A stretch of DNA of 63,912 nucleotides, the filler included, from Octopus bimaculoides (Eukaryota): NCBI RefSeq assembly GCF_001194135.2. It is 11 parts of 10 records of this genome, joined end to end, with 100 filler letters (N's around TTAATTAATTAA, not from the genome) between each part and the next. Parts side by side here need not be neighbours in the genome. Positions count along the whole stretch, not along the records: positions 34,845 to 42,996 come from NC_068982.1; positions 43,097 to 45,436 come from NW_026324915.1; positions 45,537 to 55,651 come from NC_068983.1; 8 more parts are not named here. The stretch is one strand, 5' to 3'. Positions 36,355 to 48,490 of the stretch are shown piece after piece. A model generated the notes under the pieces. It did not search any database. It was not told the origin of the DNA and worked only from the letters and a program-made list of their open reading frames with translations. The stretch's first letter is position 1, and each line of letters starts with the position of its first letter. The position numbers were made by a program, and so were the translations under genes.

Positions 36355-36885
36355 ATTCTCATACAAAAATGTTGTTGATAGTGACTTCGAAGCCTGAGCC
36401 AGCTAAGCTATCATCGGACTGCGATGCGTTGGAATTAGTTTTGCCTTTAATATAGTTTCTGCTGAGTTAAAATCATCTTTGGGTGTGGGGGTTTAAGCGG
36501 ATGGTAATTGGATTTTTATGGGAAGATGTTTTTGAAAAACTTTTATTGATTAAATTTGGGGTTATGTTATTGTTGAGAATTTATTCCTGTAAACAAACCT
36601 CTAGGTCTTTCTCTTTTGTCAGGTTGGTAGGTGTGACAGTAATTTTTTTGCTTTTGGGATTAGTGGTTTTAATCCTTTTGCTTTGACAATATGAAGATCA
36701 AAGATACAAAGTCCAGTATTTAAGCCCTTAACACGTTTCCATTAAAGCTTATTTACGACCCCCACTCAAACACACACCCAAAGGTGAGTTTAACTCTACA
36801 GAGGCAATGCATCATACTCTGACGATAGCTTAGCTGGCCGAAACCTCGAAGCTACTATTAATAACATTCTTATATAAGAGTAATA
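36355..36885. mobile_element. Penelope-like fragment with inverted pseudo-LTR arms
   Basis: Arms about 36355-36495 and 36772-36885 are inverted homologs, each with a decayed hammerhead core; minus translation ...KEKDLEVCLQE*ILNNNITPNLINK... resembles a GIY-YIG C-terminal tail (weak). Confidence 0.5.
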
Positions 36886-36954
36886 TAATTTGTACTCTGC
36901 TATAAGTGACCATTAAAAACAAACATTACTATAGATAGATAGATAGATAGATAT

Positions 36955-37016
<62 letters not shown>

Positions 37017-37290
37017 GAGTGCGGTGTGGTAATGTTGAAAAAGTGAAAGCGAGTGCATGATGTATCTGTTTCACAAGAACTATCCAACAAGAAGATGAAT
37101 CTCAAAGTAATGCAAAATTATATGTTGGAACGAAAGCCCTATATATTAGATATTTGTTCTACCAAAGATTTGAGTTCTCTCCTGCTTTGTTCAGCCTATC
37201 GCAAAAACTGTATCAGTTTTTCTCTGCTTCTCTCTCTCCTCACCTCTCTCTCTCTTTCTCTCTCTCCCTCTCTCTCTCCCTCTCTCTCTA

Positions 37291-37339
<49 letters not shown>

Positions 37340-37955
37340 NNNNNNNNNNNNNNNNNNNNNNNNNNNNNNNNNNNNNNNNNNNNNNNNNNNNNNNNNNNNN
37401 NNNNNNNNNNNNNNNNNNNNNNNNNNNNNNNNNNNNNNNNNNNNNNNNNNNNNNNNNNNNNNNNNNNNNNNNNNNNNNNNNNNNNNNNNNNNNNNNNNNN
37501 NNNNNNNNNNNNNNNNNNNNNNNNNNNNNNNNNNNNNNNNNNNNNNNNNNNNNNNNNNNNNNNNNNNNNNNNNNNNNNNNNNNNNNNNNNNNNNNNNNNN
37601 NNNNNNNNNNNNNNNNNNNNNNNNNNNNNNNNNNNNNNNNNNNNNNNNNNNNNNNNNNNNNNNNNNNNNNNNNNNNNNNNNNNNNNNNNNNNNNNNNNNN
37701 NNNNNNNNNNNNNNNNNNNNNNNNTATATATATATATGCGTGTGTATGTGTGTGCATAAGTAGATAGATAGGCAAACAGAAATATACATACATTCATACA
37801 TACATACATACATACATACATACATACATGCAAACATGCACGCATGCATGCATGCATACATACATAAATAAATACATACAGACACACATGTACACACAGA
37901 TACATGCATGTAGGTATACATACATAGAGGGTTAGGTAAATAGATAGATAGATAA

Positions 37956-38001
<46 letters not shown>

Positions 38002-38768
38002 GTGTATGTATTTATGTAAGTATGTGTGTACGTACGTACGTACTATGTATGTATGTATGTATGTAAGTTTGTATGTATGTAAGTATGTATGTAATAACTT
38101 ACTATTATTTTCAACTTCTGGATTACAAGAAACTATTTTTCATAAACATCAAAACAAACAGAAATACGAAAAAAAGAAGTCATCAAGACTCGATTTCAAA
38201 CACGTTTGTTGAAATGTTTTCTTTGTTTCTTTACATACCTATTTGTCAATGGGGATATAAATGATGACAGTTGTACAAGAAGTATCCCAGTAAATAAATG
38301 CATTTAAAAAATTTCGATACATCAATTTGCTCGTCTGTTGAAAAATTATTTGTAAACATCATCATATTTCTCTCGTTCGACCTGTAAGAATTAAGACTTT
38401 ATATGATTTAAAACCGTTCTTTTTCATTTTCATTTTGTTTTCTCTCGATATTTTTTTCTTTTTCATTAGAACATATAACATTTCTATAAATGCAAAGATG
38501 ATTAAGAGAAAAAAAAAAGCAAAATTCTAGAATTGTTTGGCAAACTATTTCATTATATTTATCTATCAATATTTTATTCATCTTGCTATCATATAGCTGT
38601 GAGATGTAGTTTGTTGTTCACACTGCTGCTAAGAGTTTATGCCATCATTTCGGTACTTCATAAAGTAAATTTCATTTTTTTTGTTTGTTTTTGTTTAATT
38701 TTGATGGTTTTTAATACATTTTCCCCATTTACTATTTTAACTAACAATTTGGTGTATATATTACACAT

Positions 38769-38827
<59 letters not shown>

Positions 38828-39343
38828 CATTCACATACATACACACATACACACACAAAGATGCATAAACATACATATTTGTGCATACAAATACAGAATA
38901 CACACATACGGTACATACACACATACATACACATACACACACGCACGCACGCACACATACATACATACATACATACATACATACATACATACATACATGC
39001 ATACATACATACATAAAAGCTAGAAGTTACTGGTTAATAGCTTGTCAAAACGTCATGTATAAGACGTACACTTGCTGCCTCAAGGACCACTGGTTGGAAG
39101 GAGGAAGTGTGGAGGGGTGTATTGAGCATCTACTAGTTAAGAAAATAATGCCCGAAAGAGCAATAAAGAACTGCAAAAGCTTGGCTATGGAATGGCTGGA
39201 CTATCCAAAAGCCTTCACATGAGTGAATTATCAAGACACAGAAATTACCACCAGTATTAATAGCTGCCATCCACCACCTAACCAAGAACAGGCACATCTC
39301 TTTACTCCTTAGAAACGACAATGACGATATTAAATCTGACACA

Positions 39344-39717
39344 CTCCGTCGCTTACAGCGTCGAAGGTTCCAGTCGATCCGATCAACGGAACAGCCTGCT
39401 CGTGAAATTAACGTGCAAGTGGCTGAGCACTCCACAGACACGTATACCCTTAACGTAGTTCTCGGGGATATTCAGCGTGACACAGTGTGACAAGGCTGGC
39501 CCTTTGAAATACAGGTACAACAGAAACAGGAAGTAAGAGTGAGAGAAAGTTGTGGTGAAAGAGTACAGAAGGGTTCACCACCATCCCATGCCGGAGCCTC
39601 GTGGAGCTTTAGGTGTTTTCGCTCAACAAACACTCACAACGCCCGGTCTGGGAATCGAAATCGCGATCCTATGACCGCGAGTCCGCTGCCCTAACCACTG
39701 GGCCATTGCGCCTCCAC
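39344..39717 (-). mobile_element. Full-length young tRNA-derived SINE with 13-bp TSD
   Basis: Direct repeat TAAATCTGACACA at 39331-39343 and 39718-39730; minus head GTGGAGGCGCAATGGCCCAGTGGTTAGGG (A box) and ATTTCGATTCCC (B box-like). Confidence 0.9.
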
Positions 39718-40355
39718 TAAATCTGACACAATATACTGCCAAAAAGCATCTTTTAGAGTGATAGCATAACAATATTTCTCTTCGTACTCTCACTGAACCG
39801 CCTGTCATGCCTAATCACAAAACAGCAGCAGCAATAGGAATGGGTCCAGTTACATCTCCCTACTTTTCTTTGTTGATAACCTGAAGTTGTATGGGCCAAA
39901 TATTACCCACATCAAAAAGTATCGGGATTTCATGATTCAATTCTCCAAAGACATTTGAATGAAATTTGGTGAGTCCAAATGTCCATTTTTTGGCGGTAAA
40001 ACAAACTTGTATCCTCCTCCAAGATACTAAACAAGCTAGAAATATAACATCTGCTCTTTGTGGAAAATCTTGGACAGGATAAGGTGGTAGCTATGAGGGA
40101 CCCTTCAACATGGAAAGGACTAGGAATGAGTAACTCAAGAGGGTAAGAAATATATGATCATCTGAATTCTCAGCTGACAACAAGCATATTGCCCATAACG
40201 CCTTTGCAGTGCCTCCTCACACCTATATTTAGCATTCTGAATTGGTCACTACAATTCTGTATTGTTTGTAAAGAATAAAAAGTTTTGAATGGTACGACAA
40301 TGCACTATAATACAAACAATGGACTATATACCTGTTGTAATTTAGTTATCTATAG

Positions 40356-40405
40356 TCCGATGATATTTCGGAATACAATTCCTTCTTCAGATATTCTTAG
40401 ACGGA
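40356..40405 (-). ncRNA. Minimal type I hammerhead ribozyme motif (left arm)
   Basis: Reverse complement reads at-CTGAAGA-A-GGAAT-tgt-ATTCC-GAAA-TATC-atcgga; all conserved core nucleotides present; predicted cut after 40362. Confidence 0.65.
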
Positions 40406-40619
40406 GTCGCTGCTACAATCTGTTTTCAACGGCTTTTCTTTTTTCGGAAGCGTCTCAGTAGACTACTAAGACGCTTCCGAAAAAAGAAAAACCGTTGGAA
40501 AACAGATTATAACAGCGAAGACGCTTCCGAAAAAAGAAAAGCCGTTGGAAAACAGATTATAACAGCGAAGACGCTTCCGAAAAAAGAAAAGCCGTTGGAA
40601 AACAGATTATAGCAGCGAC

Positions 40620-40669
40620 TCCGGCTAAGAATATCTGAAGAAGGAATTGTATTCCGAAATATCATCGGA
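40620..40669 (+). ncRNA. Minimal type I hammerhead ribozyme motif (right arm)
   Basis: CTGAAGA 40635-40641, stem II GGAAT/ATTCC, GAAA 40656-40659, palindromic ATAT stem III, AUC cleavage triplet ending at 40663. Confidence 0.65.
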
Positions 40670-40998
40670 TTACAGATTACTAAATTACAACAGGTATATA
40701 GTTCATTTTTTGTATTATAGTGCAATGAGATAGATGTTCGAACTCGCATGTTGCTCAGCATTACAGGAAGCTTCAACATCCTCTCTGGAGATGCAGACAG
40801 GCTATACTTTCCACGCAAGGATGGTGACCGTTGTCTCAAATCTGTATAAATGTCATATGAAGCACAAATTGTGACACCGAAACAACATCTGCAGCAGAGG
40901 AAAAAGACTAGTGACTATTTCGCCCTAGTTTGTGACCATCAAATCAAGAACATAATTATGGTAGCTAGTGAACTTCAGGAGAGACATGAAATACGAGT

Positions 40999-41326
40999 GT
41001 TATAAAGCGGTCTTTTGCTATTATTTTATGTCTTTGTACGACGGTTGTCGCTCTGACAGATATTGTCATATTCCGAAGTCGTCGCTAGACTGTTTCTATG
41101 TGACACTGTACGAATCCCAGTCGTACAGTGTTATTATATTCAAAAGGTTAGATCGTTATAACGTCCACTCAGTATCACAGTATAATCACTATATCAGCAT
41201 AGACACGACTATCAACACAGTCTACACGTACTCACTCGATACCGGCTGACGTCACCTTACTTATAGTAACTGCGTCATTTCACTCGTCACGTGGGAGGGG
41301 TGTACCATTATTACTAATTACCTACA
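40999..41326 (-). mobile_element. Probable 3' LTR of the adjacent Gypsy element
   Basis: Minus strand: purine tract AAAAAGAGAGA (41337-41327) immediately followed by TGTAGG; plausible ...TAACA end near 40999 (end inferred). Confidence 0.55.
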
Positions 41327-42210
41327 TCTCTCTTTTTCAAGTTTTTCTTAGGAAGTGTCATTTTATTTAGCAATAATACTTTTATTCATTTCACCTCACT
41401 TTTTTCAGTTTTTATTTTATCCGAACAGTTTAATATTTTTTTCTTTTGGCAGCTATTTTTCTTTCTATGTCATTTCTACTTTTTACACAATACATCATTT
41501 TACCTATGTATTTGGTAATTGCGCCCTCTTCTCAGTTCTGTTTTCTATTTTTGTATGTCCTCAAATACACCGTATCATCAATTTTAAATATCTTGCTATG
41601 TCTACCCTACCACTTTTGTTTTCTTGCCAGGTAGCAATTTATCAAAAGCTAACTTTACTTTCCTTGCAAACATCAGCTCCGCTGGTGAGCTACCTGCTGG
41701 TGTATTCGGATTTGGTGTTACACGGTACACTCTTAAAAGCTGTTGAAGAACTACCTCATCTGTGCTTTCCCTATTTGTTTTTTCTTAAAACTCTTTTGAA
41801 AGTATCAACAAAGCGTTCTGTATGTCCATTAGATCTGGGATGGTATGGCGCCGTAGTTATATGTTCTACCGCGAACATTTCACAAATTTTTTTAAAATTC
41901 GCTATACACAAATTGTTATCAATTACTTGTCCTAAGTATTTGATCATTTTTTTTTTTTTTTCAGTAAGAATTCACACTTTACTTCCACACCAAAGGAAGC
42001 CGCTTAAATTTACTGTAAGCCATGGTGTGTTAATTTTTAACAAATGTGAGCATGTGTCTCTCACAAATCATTCACCCTTGTTGAAAAATCTGTATAAACT
42101 CTTCGTTTGCCATTCTTCTTTTTTACGTAAACCGTCGGTGTTTCCAAGTCTGCATGGTCATTCTTTTCAATTATACCAAGACTTTTCAGTCTTTCCAGTT
42201 CTTTGTTAAC
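41327..42210 (-). mobile_element. Internally deleted Ty3/Gypsy pol remnant (RT start joined to integrase C-terminal half)
   Basis: Minus translations VNKELERLKSLGIIEK...TPTVYVKKKNGKRRVYTDFSTRVND, KFKRLPFGV, then HITTAPYHPRSNGHTERFVDTFKR...YRVTPNPNTPAGSSPAELMFARK. Confidence 0.9.
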
Positions 42211-42380
42211 CTGGTCTATTGCTGCAGGTGTTTTGTGTTTTACTGCAGTTTTATATATATATATATATATATATATNNNNNNNNNNNNNNNNNNNNNNNN
42301 NNNNNNNNNNNNNNNNNNNNNNNNNNNNNNNNNNNNNNNNNNNNNNNNNNNNNNNNNNNNNNNNNNNNNNNNNNNNNNNN

Positions 42381-42414
<34 letters not shown>

Positions 42415-42955
42415 AATAAAAAAATCAGGTATGAGAGCTGAATATATTAAATAAAATCACATGGTATCCGCAGGATTACAGCCGCTTCGCAGAGCTGAAC
42501 CATTGGTGTAACCATGATGTTAAGTGATCTGAAGAGTTAGATTTATATATATCTGTATTGACTTGTAGAAGTACACTTGTACAATTGTATTGTACAATGC
42601 GTATCATTGCATATTCGTGCAAACATGTAAAATCAATTATTATACGTTGAAAGTATTATTACATGATGAAGGCTGCGACACAGCTGTAATCCTACGGATA
42701 TCAAGTAATCAAATAAGTATATTTACCTCTCATACCTCCTGACGTTTTATTTAATAAATTCATTGATTGGACCTCCTGAATTTCACCGGCAGAGAATTCT
42801 GCATTATAGTTTTACGTATTGGATTAGTATGTGGTATGATAGCCGGGTCCATTAAACAGATCTTTCTGTGATAGAATCCATATATTGCACTAGACAGGCC
42901 GCGCACACGCGCGCGCACGCACACACGCACACACGCACGCACACGCACACACGCG

Positions 42956-42996
<41 letters not shown>

Positions 42997-43130
42997 NNNN
43001 NNNNNNNNNNNNNNNNNNNNNNNNNNNNNNNNNNNNNNNNTTAATTAATTAANNNNNNNNNNNNNNNNNNNNNNNNNNNNNNNNNNNNNNNNNNNNCACA
43101 CACACACACACACGCACACACACATATATA

Positions 43131-43286
43131 CGACAGACTTCTTTCAGTTTCCGTCTACCAAATCCACTCACAAGGCTTTGGTCGGACCGACGCTATATTA
43201 GAAAACATTTGCTCAAGGTGCCACGCAGTGGAACTGAACCCGGAACCAGGTGGCGCGTAAGCAAGCTACTTACCACACAGCCACTC
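43131..43286 (-). mobile_element. SINE family B copy
   Basis: Reverse complement of the 5551 element head and body; a similar copy lies at 59291-59450. Confidence 0.85.
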
Positions 43287-43598
43287 ATACACCTATATTC
43301 TATAATTTCTGCACTTAATAGTTCATATTTACATGTATGAGCACCTGGTTCACAAATTTCATATGTTTAACACATGGTTTCGCGTCAAAAACGTTTTTAC
43401 CTTGTTATAATTATGTATATTATCAGTTTTTATATATTTCATGACTTTATGTGTATATTCATGAATTAGTATATATATATGTTTTCAGTCAATGGATCAT
43501 GTGGTGTTTTGACAAATAATGCCATTCAAGAGCTCTGTTAAGAACTTCTACGGCATGCACCGTATTTTCCTCACAACACCTTCTGGTTATCATCAACG

Positions 43599-43648
43599 CC
43601 TCGACGTCAAGACCTCGACGTCAAGGCCTCGACGTCAAGGCCTCGACG
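43599..43648. repeat. 14-bp minisatellite CCTCGACGTCAAGG x3.5
   Basis: Direct reading, period 14. Confidence 0.9.
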
Positions 43649-46600
43649 AGCTAGTTCCAATTCCGCTTTTCATACTTAGGGCTTTTCGTCACTTACTATT
43701 CTCGTAATTGTGATGTCGCTTGTTCATTCTAATTGAACTGGAGTTTATTGTGCTTGAGTGACCCAAGGAGTTAACTCAGACCCATTAACTTATAATACAA
43801 CGCTTAATAGTTCATCAACGCTTATAGCGAGACTTATTGTGACACAGGATAGTTACCCAATGGGAATTAGGTGTAATCCCTGCTTTTATTGATCATAAGT
43901 TTCCTTCTAAAACAAAGGCTCCCACATGGTATTCATCACTAACCATGTCTTACGAGCAAACTATCTCATTGCAGCATATGCACTTCTAGTCATCGTATCT
44001 TGAAGTGTTGTTCATTATCTCTTATCTCGACTTTGTTCTACAAGGGTTGCTGACTTTAATTTCCTTTCACAATTGATCAATTATGATTGGTTTTTCAGGT
44101 CTCTCCAGAGAATGTAACATAACATTACTACAACTAATTTACACACAGCTATTAGTCGTGGTATTCTCTCCTTAGCATCAATTTAAACATTTTATACGAA
44201 CCGTTAAATTAGAGTGAAAGAAAATTTAACTTATGATCATACAATTTAGATTTNNNNNNNNNNNNNNNNNNNNNNNNNNNNNNNNNNNNNNNNNNNNNNN
44301 NNNNNNNNNNNNNNNNNNNNNNNNNNNNNNNNNNNNNNNNNNNNNNNNNNNNNNNNNNNNNNNNNNNNNNNNNNNNNNNNNNNNNNNNNNNNNNNNNNNN
44401 NGAATATAAGCGTTGATAATAATATGTAAAGTGATATGGTTGCTCAGATGTGAGTGAGTTCTAGAGGGACAAAAAGGGAACCACATGTAAGATGTGTAAG
44501 GAATGGAAGAACAGGTATGATATAGATATTGAAATGAGGATAATCCATAGCCGTGGTTTTAATTGAGGGTTCGGTGCAGAGTACATAGAAGAGCGCGGAT
44601 ACGACAGGAGGCCAAATGCACAAAAGAGTACAACAGCTGAAATGTTCTAACTGTAAGAACCAAGATGACGGCACAGATACTAGAGGCGTAAAATTTATAT
44701 GCTGCACAAAGATGCATCACTGATATGGCTCTAAAATTTCATTTATTACCAAAATAAGGGCAACTTTAAGGTTTAGATACAGAGATCATTTTTATATATA
44801 TAAAGAAAGCTTGTGTTATTATAATGAACAGAGAAATACCATTTTTGTTATGTAATATCGGGCAGAATACAAAAAGTGTAGCATTCTTGATAGCAATAGG
44901 TTCGCGAGGTATTGCGTAGTCTGGGCGTGGAGTCTCCAGAAGAAGCGGGACTGGGAGTGTCTTATGATGTTATCAGCCTCATGTATGCAAACTTGGTCAA
45001 GGGATAAACTTCGAAGCTTGATGGATAGCGTTTGCTTTTCCAATCTTGCATGAGTTGGAAGACTTTGTTGGGGCAAAACATTCATGTTGCCAACCCTCAC
45101 CTGCTTTTTAAGTAAGATCATATTTCACCAAGACCTGTGTGTGTCCCTGCTGAGAGTGAGATGTGGCAAAAAACCGAAAGTAGCACTGAGAGAACACAAA
45201 TTTAATACACTGACAATTAATACGATTATGCTTCTGAAATGTTAATAGAAACAAGATGATATCGAATATTCTTAGATTTCAAAATATAATTTTGTTATAC
45301 TTCTGGTTGCGGAATCCTGCAGATGGGTTCCGTTTTGTATTTCAAATATGAACAATAAAAATATCAACCATTTGGGAATTAGTAACTGAGGATAATCTGC
45401 TAACTACTATTATAATCTCTAAGAGATACAAACTTANNNNNNNNNNNNNNNNNNNNNNNNNNNNNNNNNNNNNNNNNNNNTTAATTAATTAANNNNNNNN
45501 NNNNNNNNNNNNNNNNNNNNNNNNNNNNNNNNNNNNAAAATGTCAGGCCTTGTGCCTATAGTAGAAAGGATCACTAAAAAGTATGGCAAGCCGGCAGAAT
45601 TGTTAGCACTTTGAAAAAAAGTTGCTTAGGAGCGTTTTATCCGTCTTTGTGTTCTGAGTTCAAATTCCGCTGAGGTCGACTTTGCTTTTTATCCTTTCAG
45701 AGTCGATAAAATAAGTATCAGTTGCGCACTGGGGTTGATATAATCGACTTACTCCCTCCCTCGAAATAGCTGGCTTTGTACCAAAATTTGAAGCCATTAT
45801 TAAAAACTGTTTCAGTTCAAATTCCGCTGAAGTCGACTTTATCTTATACACTTTCAGGGTCGACAAAGTAAGTAACCATAGAGTACTCCTGTCGATGTTA
45901 TCGACTAGCCCCACCCCACCCAACTTCAGGCCAGGTTCCTGTAGTAGTAATGATTATTAAAAACTATTTAACGTAGTACTTTTATTTTATAACAGTATAC
46001 AAAATGCTGCGTTGATCTTTCCAAATATCTTAAATAATCTTTTTTTCGTTTTAATCGATAAAATCTTAGCTTTCCAACAGTTTTATAAGAGAATGAAATA
46101 CGTGACACTTGATTTATTTTAATAAAAAACATTGCATTAGATCTCCTAACCTAATAATTTTTGCTTAGATGATTTATATTTGCACAACAATTCCCTCTCA
46201 TATGCTTTGGCTTCTCTTTATATTGCACGAAAGGTAAATATATTTATCCACACGCAAGCAGCCTGGTTAATATATGTTTAATATATATATATAAAGTTGG
46301 CTACTTTCTGCGCAGGTGCGGCTGTGTAGGGAGAAGCTTGCTTGCCAACCACATGGTTCTGGGTTCGTCTACTGCTTGGTATTTTGGGCAAGTGTCTTGT
46401 ACTATTGCCTCGGTCGACAAAAGCCTTGAGCAGATTTGGTAGACGGAAACTGAGAGAAGAACTTCGTGCATATATATGTGTGTGTGTGTGTGTGTGCATG
46501 TGTGTGTGTTTGTCACCCCCCCCACCTCTTGACAATCGGTGTTCATATGTTTACGTCCTCATACCGTAACGGTTCGGCAAAAGATACGGATAGAATAAGT

Positions 46601-46959
46601 ACCAGTCTTTCCACAAAATATAATAAGTACTGAAGTCGAGTGGATTCGTTCGACTAAAAGAACTCTTTAAAGAGCGGCCCCAGCAAAGCCGCAGTCCAAT
46701 GAGTGAAACAAGTAAAAGAGAGAAGATAACATACCTTTCTATTAATTGAAATATTCTTCAGAGAAGCAATCATCCACTTTCATATAAAGGGAGGATTGAT
46801 TTCGAGAAATATATATGTTGTGGATGCCTGCGACTAGGCGTACAGGGTGCACGTGTCTAGGTGTCTATATGTCTATATGTTTATACATACATGTTTATAT
46901 TACAATATACATAGTTACCTGAATAGTAACGACATCTGCAGGCTTAATGGGCTGTGAGA

Positions 46960-47431
46960 GCATAGTCACGAATCTACACGTGGGCGTCTCAGGCCCCATC
47001 TAACGTCGTTGCATTGTTGAAAGAACAGCAGCATGCTTCGGCGAGGTCGAGAGCGTCTGAGCAGCCCTTTTTAGAGTAGCACTGCTCATCCAGAAATCTG
47101 GAAAAGGTTTAGAAAAGGTGACCCAAACAAATGCCTGTTCTACCATCAAGCTGGTTAGCAACCTGCAGCTGACGGCTGTTCACTACAGCAGGAGGAATAC
47201 AACGAGAAAACATGCAAGCAAGAAATATAGATTATGGGTAGGTGTACAGAATGTTAGGATACTTCCTTATCACGAAGGGTTAAGTAACTCTGAACGGCGA
47301 ACTGGCATAAATAGCCAAGGAGTTGGGTCGGTATAAAATTGACATTGCTGCACTCTCTGAAACTCGGTCGATTGATGAAGATCAATTGACAGAAACAGGT
47401 GCTGGACACACTTTCTTTTGGAAGGGTATTC
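46960..47431 (+). mobile_element. RTE-clade LINE 5' fragment (APE endonuclease start)
   Basis: ERRT..IAKELGRYKIDIAALSETRSIDEDQLTETGAGHTFFWKG matches the RTE endonuclease N-terminus (ELARYNIDIAALSETR...GAGYTFFWKG). Confidence 0.88.
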
Positions 47432-47795
47432 TTACCGAGTTAATTTTGCTTTTAGCCCTATGATTTTTTTGCGTGCGTGTGTATGGGTGCGAGGCTGTTG
47501 AGTGCGTGTGTGGTGTGTATGCGGGTATACTCATGTATGCGTGTATATATATGATTATGTACATATATGCATAGTTCTTGGCGAGTATGTGGGTGTTTCA
47601 AGCGAGGGTAGTTTAGTATATACATATAGGCGAATGTATGGATTGGTGCGATTACGCGAACACTATAGAGTTTTCTACTCCCTTACCTTTACTCCCTCCC
47701 CTTACTTAGTAGTCTACAGCTCTTTTGTTTTAATAACGGTCAACCACACAGTAATTTCCCTTTGTTTAACGGTCATTTTTCACAGGAATTTTCAA

Positions 47796-47868
47796 TGGCC
47801 GGATAACTGAAGAGATGTTGGCGTGGGTTCCCACTCCGGCATCCGAAATTCAGAGTTTTATCATGGCT
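47796..47868 (+). ncRNA. Type I hammerhead-like motif with extended stem II
   Basis: Stem I GATAA/TTATC, core CTGAAGA 47807-47813, stem II GATG-TTGG-c-GTGG-gttc-CCAC-t-CCGG-CATC, one extra C, GAAA 47845-47848, short stem III, GUU triplet ending at 47857. Confidence 0.55.
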
Positions 47869-48449
47869 ACCGAATAAGTGTCACATATTTTTACAGATAA
47901 ATTCCTCTATTTACATAATATCGAGATCTCCTTCTTTCTTTTGTTGTCCCTTCTATCAATATATATATATATACATATATATATAGTAACTTGTCCATTC
48001 GGTGAATGAGGCGGAATTTTTCGATACATTGCTATTTCATGTATTATATTCTAAACTCAGTTCTAAACCAAGGATTTTTCAACGGTATTTTCTTCATTGA
48101 AGAATCATATGATCCTACAAAGGAATCTTAATTATAACTAACACGAAGAATATACGTATGGAATAATTATCCATCTCGACAACGAATCAAACTTATGCTT
48201 GCTGAAAGCAAGATTCTCAGCCTCTAGTTAACATTGAGTTTAAAATGGGTAACAATAGTTGTTGCGTATTTCGTTGAGTTGATAGAAGCCAGTTGAATAT
48301 AATGATCCGAGACTATATTTCGATACCCTTAGTAGATATTCTCGCTATATTATGGCTTCAGCTCGAAATGAAGAGAAAATTGCTTCAACGGGGAAAAAAA
48401 AAAAAATTCAAATGTTCCCCTCCTTCGCTTCCTCAGGTCTCTCTTTCTC

Positions 48450-48490
<41 letters not shown>

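Larger units (their letters stand above)
40301..40724. repeat. Near-perfect 424-bp palindrome with a 3x50-bp tandem expansion in the right arm
   Basis: Left arm 40301-40455, centre 40456-40468, right arm 40469-40724; 50-bp units start at 40469, 40519 and 40569. Confidence 0.95.
39020..40950 (+). mobile_element. Degenerate non-LTR retrotransposon RT, R4/Dong-like, interrupted by two insertions
   Basis: Ordered motifs across frameshifts: GCIEHLL..SLAMEWLDYPKAF (about 39115-39216), GIF*SDS, FVDNLKLY (39869-39892), FSKDI*MKFGESKC, DNKHIAHNAFAVP, FSILNW, EIDVRTR..DRLYFPRKDG (40796-40825). Confidence 0.8.

Noticed and set aside
41355-42209. 284-aa plus-strand ORF
   Set aside because: Antisense shadow of the Gypsy pol remnant on the minus strand; no recognisable domain.
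46945-47100. HDV-like ribozyme at the RTE 5' end
   Set aside because: Some RTEs carry one, but I found only a TGAGCAG/CTGCTCA stem and could not build the nested pseudoknot.
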